Below are positions 52,500 to 64,000 of a stretch of DNA of 64,000 nt, in pieces. The stretch comes from Octopus sinensis (taxonomy: Eukaryota). The notes beneath the pieces are model-generated. The model did no database searches, was not told the origin of the DNA, and saw only the letters and a program-made list of their open reading frames with translations. A program made the translations under genes and the position numbers. The stretch is from contig NC_043006.1 of the NCBI RefSeq assembly GCF_006345805.1, forward strand, positions 38,750,001-38,814,000, given 5' to 3'. The stretch's first letter is position 1; each line of letters opens with the position of its first letter.

Positions 52500-52825
52500 C
52501 ACACTATATACATATTTATATATACACATATATACACACACATAATGTAGATAAGTACGAAACAAAGGTTTGCTACAATGTATTGATGATCCCCCCCCCA
52601 CCATCCGGTCCTCATTGTAGATTAGTAGATTAGCTATCTTCGCTTTAATTAACCAAGTGACCCCTAATCTAGAAAGGGGTTAATTGTTGAGAGGATATAC
52701 AGATGTAAGAGCAAAGCGGATACAAGCCAACACCATTGGAAATTTCCTTCAGCCCTTTTTCTTCCCATTTCATTCAGTTTCGCTCTTCACAAACGTTTAC
52801 TTTGTTATTCCCTCTTTTATTCTTA

Positions 52826-53370
52826 AGTGTGTGTGTGTGTGTGTTAGAGTATGTGTGTGCATGTCTGTATGTATGTATGTCTATATGTGTGTGTTTGTGT
52901 GTGTATATGTGTGTGTATGTGTATGTTTGTATGTGTGTGCATGCATGTGTGTCTGTTTGTGTGTATATGTGTATGTGCATGTATGTGTGTGTGTATGTGA
53001 GTGTGTATGTTTGTGCATTTGTGTGTGTTTTTGTATGTGTGTGCATGTATGTTTGTGCATGTGTGTGTATGTATTTGTATGCATATGTGTGTCTGTGTTA
53101 GTGTATGTCTGTGTATGTGTATGTATGTGTATATGTGTATGTATGTGTTTGTGTGCATGTATGTGTGTGTATATATGTGTGTATGTGTATGTTTGTGTAT
53201 GTGTATGTATGAGCAAGTATATGTGTGTGTGTGTGTGTGTTTATGTATTTGTGTGCATGTGTGGGTGTCTCTGTGTGTTTGAGTGTCTTTGTGTATATAC
53301 ATGTGTGTATGTACATGTGCGTGTGTATGTGCATTTGCTTGCATGTGTGTGTGTGTGTGTGTGTTTGCAT
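52826..53370. repeat. Degenerate (TG)n/(TATG)n tract
   Basis: Cys/Val/Met pseudo-ORF 52684-53454. Confidence 0.85.
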
Positions 53371-53889
53371 ACACATAATGATGTTTATCTTTTATCTAGT
53401 ATCTTTTGCTTCTTACAGTCATTTGACTGTGGCCATGCTGCGGCACTGCCTTGAAGATTTTCAGCCAAATGAATTGACCCCAGCACTTATTTTTATAAGC
53501 CTAGTACTTATTCCATCAGTCTCTTTTGTCAAACTGGTAAGTTACAAGGACATAAATACACCTACACAAGCTGTCAAGGGTGGTGGAGGACAAACACTTA
53601 CACACACACACACACATACACACACACACACACAACAAGCTTCTTTCAGTTTCCATCTACCAAATCCACTCACAAGGCTTTGGTCAACCCAAGGCTATAC
53701 TGGAAAATACTTGCTCAAGGTGTCACACAGTGGGACTGAACCTGGAACCATGCAGCTGGGAAGGAATCTTCTTACCACACAGCCAAGTCTGTACCTATAA
53801 AATAAATGCACTTGACCACATGCTAATTAATCAGTAAGGACTACCCACCCCTAAACTCATGTGCAGCATTATCACCACCCACCACTGGA

Positions 53890-54030
53890 TATTATAAGTA
53901 ACCGGCCCTTTCAGGCCAAGCACTCATAGGTCTAGTTGTCCCTGTTTCCAAGGCATATAAGCAACCAAAATCACAACATTTCCCTCGAATGGCTCACCAG
54001 TCCATTACAGGGAGAGAACTGGGACAATGT
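53890..54030 (-). mobile_element. V-domain-type SINE fragment
   Basis: Minus strand CCCTGTAATGGACTGGTGAGCCATTCGAGGG resembles the V-SINE CCTGCGATGGACTGGC motif. Confidence 0.45.
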
Positions 54031-54762
54031 GAAATGAAGTACATTATTTACATTATTTACATTTGACAGATTTTTGTCCTCATCTTGTTTGTTGTTAACA
54101 CAATGTTTTGGCTGATATACCCTCCAGCCTTCATCAGGTGTCTTGAGGAAATTTCGAACCTGGGTTCTCATTCCTAAGGTATGTGAGAGAGCAGTGCATT
54201 CCATCAAAGTGACACTGGGGTAAAATATACGAAGCCCAGTATACGCATCATGACTACCCGTCTGATAAGGGTACACTAGGAACATGCATCAAAACCATAT
54301 GTGCATGACATGGTGATCTGATATCAAGATAAGCAGCATATGACCTTGCAGGTGGGGCCCAGTTAGAATTTTCTTCTGGTCGAGTAACCCATCCTGCTCA
54401 AAAGGTCCCTGAATAAGGGTTTTTTAAGGATGTTGAACAAAACACCCATGATTCCAGAGGTGAATTATTCAAACCCCAAAAATCCCTCTCAACACATGGC
54501 TATGATGCTTCCCCACTACTTCTGCTCATGATGCACATATTGTCAGCCACTAAGGGACATGCTCAACTGGTTACGGTCAAGCAACAGACAAACAAATCTG
54601 TGGTATTGAACAGAATATTTGCTGTAGCCCAAATTTTATACCAAGACAAAACAATGTACATGATGACACTTCAAATCAGTTAAGATGAGAAGCCATGAGA
54701 GCTACTGCCTGGTACTGCATCAGGGCATTTTATCATTATTATTATTATTATCATCATTATCA

Positions 54763-54805
<43 letters not shown>

Positions 54806-55027
54806 CATTATTATTATTATTCAGGTCACTGCTTGGAATCGAACTCAGAATTTTGGGGTTTAGTAGCCTGAGCTCTTAACCACTATGCCATATGAAGGCT
54901 GGAGGGTGTATCAGCCGAAACGGTGTGTTAACTACAAACAAAATGAGAACAAATATCCGTCAAATGTAAATAATGTAGATAATGTAAATAACGTACATAT
55001 TTCCTTGTCTCTTAAATATAGAATTGA
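54030..55027. mobile_element. tRNA-headed hammerhead element with inverted arms, interrupted by a ~540-bp repeat
   Basis: Minus arm 54030-54182 (TCATCAG at 54131-37), insert 54183-54727, (ATT)n, tRNA-like head on minus 54790-54893, plus arm 54893-55027. Confidence 0.7.
54183..54727. mobile_element. Unclassified ~540-bp dispersed repeat
   Basis: Its reverse complement matches 12590-12780 (GTTGAGCATGTCCCTTAGTGGCTGACAATATGTG) and 101-120. Confidence 0.65.
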
Positions 55028-55028
55028 C

Positions 55029-55455
55029 AAATGAAGTGTTTTGCATTGCCCAGTCCTGAAATTGAAACCACAATCATAGGATTCAGGAGTTCAATGCCCT
55101 AACCACTAAGCCACGCAACTCCACAGCAATGTGAAATGAAGTGTTTTGCTCAAGAACACAATACATTGCCCAGTCCAGGAACTGAAACCACAATCTTACA
55201 ATCATGAGTCCAACACCCTAACCACTAAGCCAGGTACCTCCACAGAAATGTGAAATGAAGTGTTTTGCTCAAGATCACAATGCATTGCCCAGTCCAGGAA
55301 TTGAAACCACAATCATAGGATTCAGGAGTCCAATTCCCTAACCACTAAGCCATGCAACTCCACAGCAATGTGAAATGAAGTGTTTTGCTCAAGAACACAA
55401 TGCAGTTTGTGAATTGAAACCATGATCTTGTACTCATGAGTACAACATACTAAAC
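55029..55455 (-). repeat. Tandem array of ~120-bp SINE-head units (about 3.5 copies)
   Basis: AAATGAAGTG at 55029, 55133, 55253 and 55373. The full units read on minus A box TGGCTTAGTGG, B-box-like GGTTTCAATTCC (or variant), then TCTTGAGCAAAACACTTC. Confidence 0.85.
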
Positions 55456-55463
55456 ACTCGCTA

Positions 55464-55532
55464 CATGTACCCATGTATTGTCTCATGTACCCATGTATTT
55501 CTCATGTACCCATGTATTTTCTCTCATGTACC
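55464..55532. repeat. Minisatellite CATGTACCCATGTATT(N), about 4 copies
   Basis: Seen directly; 19-22-bp period. Confidence 0.85.
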
Positions 55533-56707
55533 CAACAATTTAATCACAGCTACCCTGAGAGGAAGCTGGTTTAATACAATCCCTGGTGAAACCCCTATGT
55601 TGTACCTTTCTTTCTAGTAAGAAACGAAAATGGATCCCAGATTAATCAGTTCTGCTGAAGGTCCTATGTGAATTTTGCTGTTCATAGCAGAAACCTCGTG
55701 GTCTCCGATGCGCAAGAGTTAAAACATTTATATGCAAACCACAAACCATACTTGCAAACCTAAATGAAGTCACTTGCATCGAAACAGATTTTGTCAGTCA
55801 TCATAAATTTTCTTAATTTGTTTTTATTCATTTTATTACTTTTATCTAATTTCACCATATTTGAACAACATTGTGTTAATTATATTTCCAATTAATTTTT
55901 ATCAGCTTTTATGAATTATATTTTGCCCTTTGTTACAGAGAATAAAATGAGCTCTCCTGCATTGCTCTCAGACAGGTCAGTCAGTCAGTCTATATACATC
56001 AATATCAAGGCTGTGAGTTGGAAGAATTGTTTCCTTGCTGGACAAAATGCTTAGCAACATTTCAAATACTGCTGAGGTTGACTTTGTCTTTCATCTTTCC
56101 GGGATGGGGTGGAGGTGGGGGTGGGGCGATGAAACAAATACCAGTAATATATTGGGGGTCAATGTATTTGTCTTACTCTCTCTCTCTCTTGAAACCAACA
56201 TGCATCTGTATCTCTATCAATTTATGTGTGTGTGTGTGTATGTATGTCTCTTCTACTTTTTAATTATTATAAATCTTCTACTGAGGAGGGAGCCGGTTTC
56301 CAACAAAGATACAAGGCTCCATCTTTGGGATGTAGTTAACACAGACAAATACACATTTGGAACTTGAGAAAAGTCTTGCATATTTTTACTTTTCCACTCA
56401 CAGATTGCACTTGTAATGTACAAATCAGCCAGTCAGTTTCTCTTTCTGAAAAATCTCAGTCTATCCAGATTCTCCTTTAATCATTTACTAACAAAACCTA
56501 GCACACCAATTATTATTGGTATGAATATGAATTCATAGTCTGGATACAGAAGCTGTAGGTTTCGAAGCAATTGTTCATAGATACCCTCTTCCTCTTTGAT
56601 TTTCAAAGAGATATTTATATCTGCAGGATTGCTGACCTCTATGATGACATATACCTTTGCCCCTCATGTATGTATGTACATATGTATGTATGTATGTATG
56701 TATGTAC

Positions 56708-56738
<31 letters not shown>

Positions 56739-57005
56739 TGTACATGTGGTTGAATCTTTATGAATGTGTAAAGGTATATCTACCGTTATGTAACTATGCA
56801 TATACAGTATCTGTTCTGTGTATACACACATAAACATACGAGCAACTACTTAAATAGATAACTGAGCCACTACAGATTTGTTAAATCAATTTAATGGCTG
56901 GTTTCTAGAGGATGGGGCTGTTCCTATAGCCTTTTCAGGTCATAAACTTTGCAATCCAATACACACACACACACACGCACACACACACACAGACACACAC
57001 ACACA

Positions 57006-57045
<40 letters not shown>

Positions 57046-57247
57046 TACGCACACACACACACACACGCACACACACACACACACACACAATGAGCTGTTT
57101 TCAGTTTCCCTCTAACAAATCCATTCACAAAGTTTTGGTCCCTTAAAGGGCTGAAGTAGAAGACGTATTCTCAAGATGCTTTACAGTAGAACTGAACCTC
57201 ATCCATATGATTAGGAAGCGCATTTCTGAACCACATAACCATTCCTG

Positions 57248-57287
<40 letters not shown>

Positions 57288-57463
57288 GTTTAGTGTCCGT
57301 TTTCCATGCTAGCATGGGTTGGACGGTTCAGCTGGGGTCTGTGAAGCCAGAAGGCTTCATCAGGCCCAGTCAGATCTGGCAGTGTTTCTACGGCTGGATG
57401 CCCTTCCTAACGCCAACCACTCTGTGAGTGTAGTGCGTGCTTTTTACGTGCCACCCGCACATC

Positions 57464-57674
57464 CAGTTCTATATTTAAGAGATGAGGAATTACGTACATT
57501 ATTTACATTATTTATATTTGACATATATTTGTCCTCATCTTGTTTGTTGTTAACACAACGTTCCGTCTGATATGCCCTCCAGCCTTCATCAGGTGTCTTG
57601 GGGAAATTTCGAACCTGGGTTCTCATCCTAAGGTATTTTTCAATGTTGTTGTTGTTGTTATTATTATTATTACC

Positions 57675-57740
<66 letters not shown>

Positions 57741-57895
57741 TCACTGCTTGGAATACCTTAGGAATGAGAACCCAGGTTCGAAATTTTCCCAAGACACTTG
57801 ATGAAGGCTGGAAGGTATATCAACTGAAACTTTGTGTTAACGACAAACAAGATGAGGACAAAAATCCGTCAAATGCAAATAATGTAAATTCCTGC
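57464..57895. mobile_element. Hammerhead-arm element with inverted arms around (ATT)n
   Basis: Minus arm 57464-57630 and plus arm 57754-57895 are reverse complements; spacer is (ATT)n plus the head remnant CAGTCACTGCTTGGAAT. Confidence 0.75.
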
Positions 57896-58699
57896 ATCTA
57901 CAAAGAAATATTTCCTGGGCTGGGAATTTTACGTAGGCTATTTTGGTGAAAGCCAGCCCCATCTTCTGAGATCAGATTCACATTTAGTTTAGTATCCTTG
58001 GAAAGCAAAATTCAATTTTGATCCATGCAGAACTTGAACACAAACTGACTTCAAATTCTGGCACAAGGCCAGCAATTTCTAGGGATGGAGATAATAAGCA
58101 CCAGTGCCCTACTGGTGCTTGTTTCATCAACTCTGAAAGGACGAAAGGCAAATTCACCCTCAAAAGATATAGAATTCAGGATGTAAAGACAGCTGAAGAA
58201 TCTGAACACAGATTACAAAGAGACATGACAAAATACAGCAAAGAACTTGGCTTGGCACTGTACCAAGTCTACCTACTGTTCACAGCCATTTACTGTGCTT
58301 CACTCCGGTTAAATAATAATTAATGTTCTGCTTCATGTTCATATCTAAATCTCCACCAAATGCTTGTCAGATATCAATAGGTTAACCATTCTGAATTGTC
58401 AAAATTTCCATCAAATTAAAATTGGGAAATTTTGTGCCTTAAAGTATCAAATATATTAATTTGAATTGATTTGATCACGAATCAGGCATCTTTACCAGTC
58501 TAGCTCCAACAATAAAACCGTTCGTCATCGACATAACGGTTTTAATTAATTCTTTTTAATTGTTATACACTTAGTAATTTGTCTTCTTGTACTTTTGTTC
58601 ATACGTGTGTTTGTCTGTGTATGGTGTGTAGGCCTGTCTGTGTACGTGTGGAGAGCAGAGGACAGTGTATTGGCAGAAGTAACTCTCTGGGGTGGAGTT

Positions 58700-59137
58700 G
58701 GTAGTGGTGGAGATGGTGGTGGTAGCAGTAGTAGTAGTAGAAGTAGTAATAGTTGTGGTAGTAGTAGTGGTGGTTGTAGTAGTGGTAGAAATAGTGGTAA
58801 TAGTAGTAGTAGTAATAGTTGTGGTAGTGGTGGTGGTGGTGGTGGTGGTATGTAGTAGCAAGTAGTAGTAGTGGTGATGGTGTTGGTGGTGGTAGTAGTA
58901 ATAGTGGTGGTGGTAGCAGTAGCAGTAGTAGTAATATTAGTAGTAGTAGCAGTAGTAGTAGTGGTGGTGGTGGTGGGGTGATAGCAGTAGCATCAACAGC
59001 AGCACTGGGAGCAGTGGTAATAGTAGTAGTAGTAGCAGCAGCCGTAGGAGTGACAGTAGTTACTAATACTTCCATTGTTACTACTATGTGCTACCACCAC
59101 CACCACCAACAACAACAACACTACTACTACTACTACT
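58700..59137. repeat. Degenerate (GTA/GTG)n block followed by (CAA/CTA)n
   Basis: Poly-Ser/Gly/Val/Thr pseudo-ORFs. Confidence 0.85.
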
Positions 59138-59735
59138 ATCTTCTTGTGTCTACCTTTCTCCCCATTGCCTTTGTTCCATTGGTCTTGGACTGATAGGTTT
59201 TCTTCTTTAGCACCATTAATTCCTGACTTGCAGGAATTTACAAGGCTAAAGAATCCTCCCATTGAGAGAAGAAAGGGAAAAAAAAAAACGGTAAATGAAT
59301 TACAATCACCAAATGCTAAGTTAACCAATCAACTCCAGGTAACAGGTGAAAAACGACCAGAATGACTGAGGTATGTAGATGCAAAAATTGAGCTTTGAAT
59401 TACTGGACCCCATTTATAATGGCCCACAGCCTTGTCTCAAACACATTTTGAACTGGAACCCTTCTGTCAATGACCAGAACACAGTTGAAGCAATGGAAAT
59501 TTTGATGCCAAATAAATGTTTAAGAGAAGTTAACAGTTTTGGGAAGTTTGGAATGGTTTGCAGTGTGTGTGTGTATGTATGTGTGCATTCTTGTGTGTAT
59601 GTGTGTATGCATAGGGGTTGTGTGTGTGGGGAGTAACTTACTTTACTTTGTGTATGTGTGCGTGTGTGCTTGTATTTGTGTACGTGTGTGTACATGTATT
59701 TATAACTGTGTGCATGCATGTATGAATGTGTGCTG

Positions 59736-59767
<32 letters not shown>

Positions 59768-59990
59768 ATATGTTTGAGTGTCTGAATTTGTCGCCCCTAC
59801 CATAGCTTGACAACTGATGTTGGTGTGTTTATGTACCCATAGCTTAGCAGTTCAGCAAAAGCGACCAACAGAATAAGTACTAGGCTTACAAAGAATAAGT
59901 CCTGGTGTTGAAGGTGCTCCAGCATGGCTACAGTCAAATGACTGAAAAGAGTAAAATAATACTCACACACATATACACACAGACACACAC

Positions 59991-60027
<37 letters not shown>

Positions 60028-60136
60028 TATATATGTGTGTGTGCATGTGTATATATATGTATAAATACACACACACGCATATATATATATATTATATATA
60101 TATATACATATATATACACATATATATATACATACA

Positions 60137-60181
<45 letters not shown>

Positions 60182-60629
60182 CATATATATATATATATAA
60201 TACATATATATACATACATATGTATATACATACATATATATATATATACATATATATACATACATATATATATACATATATATAATATATATATATATAC
60301 ATATATATATATACAATATATATATATATATATATATACATATATATACATATATACATATATATATACATATATATACATATATACATATATATATACA
60401 TATATATACATATATACATATATACATATATATATATATATGTAATTTATTCTGTTGGAATTAATTGTAAATAGGACAGCATACATTTGTATCGTTGATT
60501 GATTTCTGTCAGTAATTAGAAAAAGAAAAAGAAACAAACAAAAACATGAAATGATATATTGATAAACCTTCAGGAAACAGCAATCACTTTTGGCCAATGT
60601 GTGTGTGTGTGTGGTGTGTGTGTGTGTGT

Positions 60630-60665
<36 letters not shown>

Positions 60666-61595
60666 ACAAAATAAGAATTTCAAATGAGAACATTATATGC
60701 AAGAGAATCGATTGCCTAAATTATCAACATAGTTGTCAAAGACTGGAATCTAACCATAATCTTTCCTTTGGACTGGATTATAGGAATATCTCGGTACAAA
60801 TAGTATGGTTAAGCCTCAATTTAATTGTTAATATATTAGGATTTTCTAAGGCGGTGAAATAGAAAAATCGTTAGCACATGGAGCAAAATTCTTAGTGGCA
60901 TTTCATCCATCTTTACATCTGAGTTCAGATTCCGGTGACGTTGACTTTGCCTTTCGTCCTTTCAGGGATGATAAATTAAGTACTAGTTGTGTACTGGGGT
61001 TGATGTAATTGACTTACTCCTTCCCTTGCCCCTGAAACTGCTGGCCTTGTGCCAAAATGTGAAACTGATATATTAAGATTTGTTATCTTTGTTTTACTTT
61101 TTAATTCTTGTATCATTAGACCGCGGCCATGTTGGAGCAACACCTTCAAGAATTTCAGCCAAATGAACTGACTTAGTTTTTTTAAGGGTGGTACCTATTC
61201 TCTGTCTCTTTTGCCAAATCATTAAGTTGCAGGGACATAAACATACCAACACCGGTTGTCAAGTGGTGGTGTTATACAAATGCAGACACAAAGTATGCAC
61301 ACATGCATGTACAAAGAAAACACACACACACATGTAGATATACACACAATGGGCTTCTTTCAGTTACTGTCTACCAAATTCACACACTTGTCCAAGGTGC
61401 CACACTATGAGGCTGAACCCAGAACCATGCGGTTGGGAAGCAGATTACTTACCACACAGCCAAGCCTGTGCCTGTTTAAATTTTTTTATGTTTTGCTCTT
61501 ATCAATAAATATTGATCAAAGTGTTTGGTAGTGCAAAGCCTAGAATATTAGACAGTAGACAGAATGAATGGATATAGAGCAGATGCTGGTGTCTT

Positions 61596-61825
61596 TTAGC
61601 CATTTAGCATCTAAACTGACTGCAATTGGCCAAAGTATTTTACACGTTTTTAGTTCAAACTGGTCAGATCCAGCCTCTCACAACCTACAAAGCACTGTAA
61701 TTCTCAAAATAAAATAATCACATCATTGAAGTCTTGGCACTACTAATTAGCAAATAATTAATTTAAAACAACGTGAATAAATAAGCATTTCATTGGACAG
61801 AATAATCTGAATGCTAAAGGGTTAA
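61596..61825. mobile_element. piggyBac-like MITE
   Basis: Right end AATGCTAAAGGG-TTAA; left end TTAG-CCATTTAGCAT is a degenerate TTAA-CCCTTTAGCAT. Confidence 0.65.
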
Positions 61826-62037
61826 GGATTTGTCCCTTGTTGATGACTTCATCATCAACATCAAGCAATTTCCACTTTTCCATGCTGGCATGGGTCAGAC
61901 GGAATTTTCTTGATGCAGATTTTCTCCAATTAGATGCCTTTCCTGTCACCAACTCTCACTCGTTTTCAAACAAGATAATGTTTCTTTATGACCAAACATG
62001 TTTTCTACAAAAGACTGGAAGAGAACAACATCACTTG

Positions 62038-62306
62038 CAGGACTGTGGAGTCAAAACAAAAAACTTTGACCATGACTATTGGTACCATGACTACTATTGG
62101 TACCTCCGACTCCGACTCCTCTATGTAATTAAGTGATTGTAGTCTACATATCTCATAAAGCATATGCATACGCTTGTACTTTGAGTAGGCCTATAGGTTA
62201 TAACTGGTTTATATTAAAGAATAAAGTTACTGTGAGTCAAAGTCAGTATAGTTGTACCGACTTTGATTCCAGCTACTCTTCAACTGCTTCCGACTCCACA
62301 GCCCTG
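62038..62306. mobile_element. hAT-type MITE
   Basis: TIRs CAGGACTGTGGAGTC / CCGACTCCACAGCCCTG; 8-bp flanks ATCACTTG and ATTACTTG (7/8 match); internal CCGACTCCGACTCC. Confidence 0.88.
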
Positions 62307-64000
62307 ATTACTTGTAAGACGAGTTGGCTTGTTTACAACCATGACAGGATATCAAGATAAGGGTACACACACACAAATATATATATATATGTATGTATAT
62401 ACAATGAGCTTCTTCCACTTTCCATCTGCCAAATCCACTCACTAGGCTTCTGTCAGCCTCAGATTAGATTTGGTAGCATACCATAAGAATACAACTGGCT
62501 ATTTGGGAATTCTAAGGGTGAACGAGCTCTATTTGTACTCTTATACATTCTTAACAGAACACACCTCAACTATATATATATACATGAAGGCGCATGGCTC
62601 AGTGGTTAAAGCATCGAGCTTATGATTGTGAGACTGCGAGTTCTAATCCCGGACCAAGCAGAGAGTTGTGTTCTTGAGCAAGACACTTTATTTAATGTTC
62701 CTCCAGTTCACTCAGCTGTTGAAATGAGCTGCGACATCACTGGTGCCAAGCTATATCGGCCTTTGCCTTTCCCTTGGATAACACTGGTGGAGTGGAGAGG
62801 GGAGGCCATTATGCATGGGCGACTGCTATTCTTCCATAAAACAACCTTGCCAGGAGGGTAACTTTCTAGGTGCAATCCTATGGTCAGTCATGACCAAAGG
62901 GGGTCTCAGCATATACATATATATATAGAGAGACACACACACATGCACAACAGGCTTCTTTCAGTTTTCTTCCACCAAATCCACTCACAAGGCTTTGGTT
63001 AGCTACACACTATAGTAGAAGACCACTTGCCCAAGGCACCATGCTGTGAGACTGAACCCTGAACCTGGAAGAATGTGGTTGGGAAGTAACCTTCTTACCA
63101 CAAAGCCACACCTGTGCTGAAACTCATAATCAAAACTGACAAAGAACCCATTTAATTCCTCTTTCAGTTACAAGTTTGAAGAATTATTACACTTCAAGCT
63201 TGAAATATTACATTAGCTTCAAAATATTATATCAACAATGTTCATTATACTGTTCACCAAATATCATTCACTACTATTATACACCAACAATATATTAAGC
63301 ATAGAGACTAAGAATTCTTGCCTTGCAATACTAATAATAGCCAAAACATTTAACAATCTAAACTGAATAATAGTCTAATTCAACAATATGTCACTTAGTT
63401 CCTGCAACGATACAAGTTTCTTGATAATAAGTAAAGCGGTAAAAATTATTCTATGAGAGACACAGACAAAAGCACCAAAGCTATTTCCACAAGAAAACCA
63501 AGAAATGCAGTCAGAGAATGATGTAGATAGCAGAATTTCTGTGGACACATAATAGAATGATTTTCTGTACAATAGATAGTTTTAGTTTAGTAATATTTAA
63601 CCATAGAGAATATCGTCTATATTCTCAACCGATAAGAAAATGGCAGATAACAATGAATGATATATATGTATTTTAAACACGTATATGCACAACATAGATA
63701 GATAGATTCATACATATATACATGCATACATACAGATATTCATCATCATCATCATCATCGTTTAAAGTTCGCTTTCCATGGGTTGAATGATTTGACTGAG
63801 GACTGGCGAACCAGATGGTTGCACCAGGCTCCAATCTGATCTGGCAGAGTTTCTGCAGCTGGATGCCCTTCCTAACGCCAACCCCTCCGATAGTGTAGTG
63901 GGTGCTTTTACGTGCCACCGGCACGAGGCCAATCAGGCGGTACTAGCAACGGCCACACTCAAATGGTGTTTTTTTTATGTGCCACCTGCGCAGGAGCCAA

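Noticed and set aside
55029-55455. Regularly spaced repeats as a CRISPR array
   Set aside because: Whole 120-bp units repeat with no unique spacers, they derive from a SINE head, and the context is eukaryotic.
56290-56335. CTGAGGA followed by a GGAGCC/GGCTCC stem
   Set aside because: No GAAA after the stem, so the hammerhead core is incomplete.

Overview
AT-rich animal DNA, very probably an octopus: tRNA-derived Meta-, CORE- and V-type SINEs, RTE 3' ends with (GAT)n tails, and dense (AT)n/(CA)n/(CAT)n/(ATT)n microsatellites. The taxon is inferred from repeat content, not from a database search. Most of the window looks intronic or intergenic. Only one host exon is well supported: a 468-nt phase-1/phase-1 exon on the minus strand (2601-3068) encoding a charged linker and an EGF-like domain of the kind found in EYS/pikachurin/agrin-type proteins. 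Nearly all other ORFs in the track are translations of simple repeats or transposon remnants. The rest is SINEs, LINE relics (RTE, CR1-group), Tc1/mariner and hAT/piggyBac-type MITEs, and several near-identical local duplications that may be assembly artefacts. The main result is a set of hammerhead ribozyme (HHR) motifs in four unrelated repeat families. (1) An apparently intact type I HHR at 52268-52365 lies in a ~461-nt, terminally redundant retrozyme/Penelope-like unit. (2) A tRNA-headed, (AAT)n-linked element carries a minimal HHR in inverted arms (six HHR-bearing arms at four loci). (3) A degenerate HHR with a palindromic helix III lies at ~3981-4014. (4) An (AT)n-embedded family has an HHR-shaped fold with a CUGU(A/G)GA variant core. 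No rRNA, true tRNA gene or CRISPR array was found.
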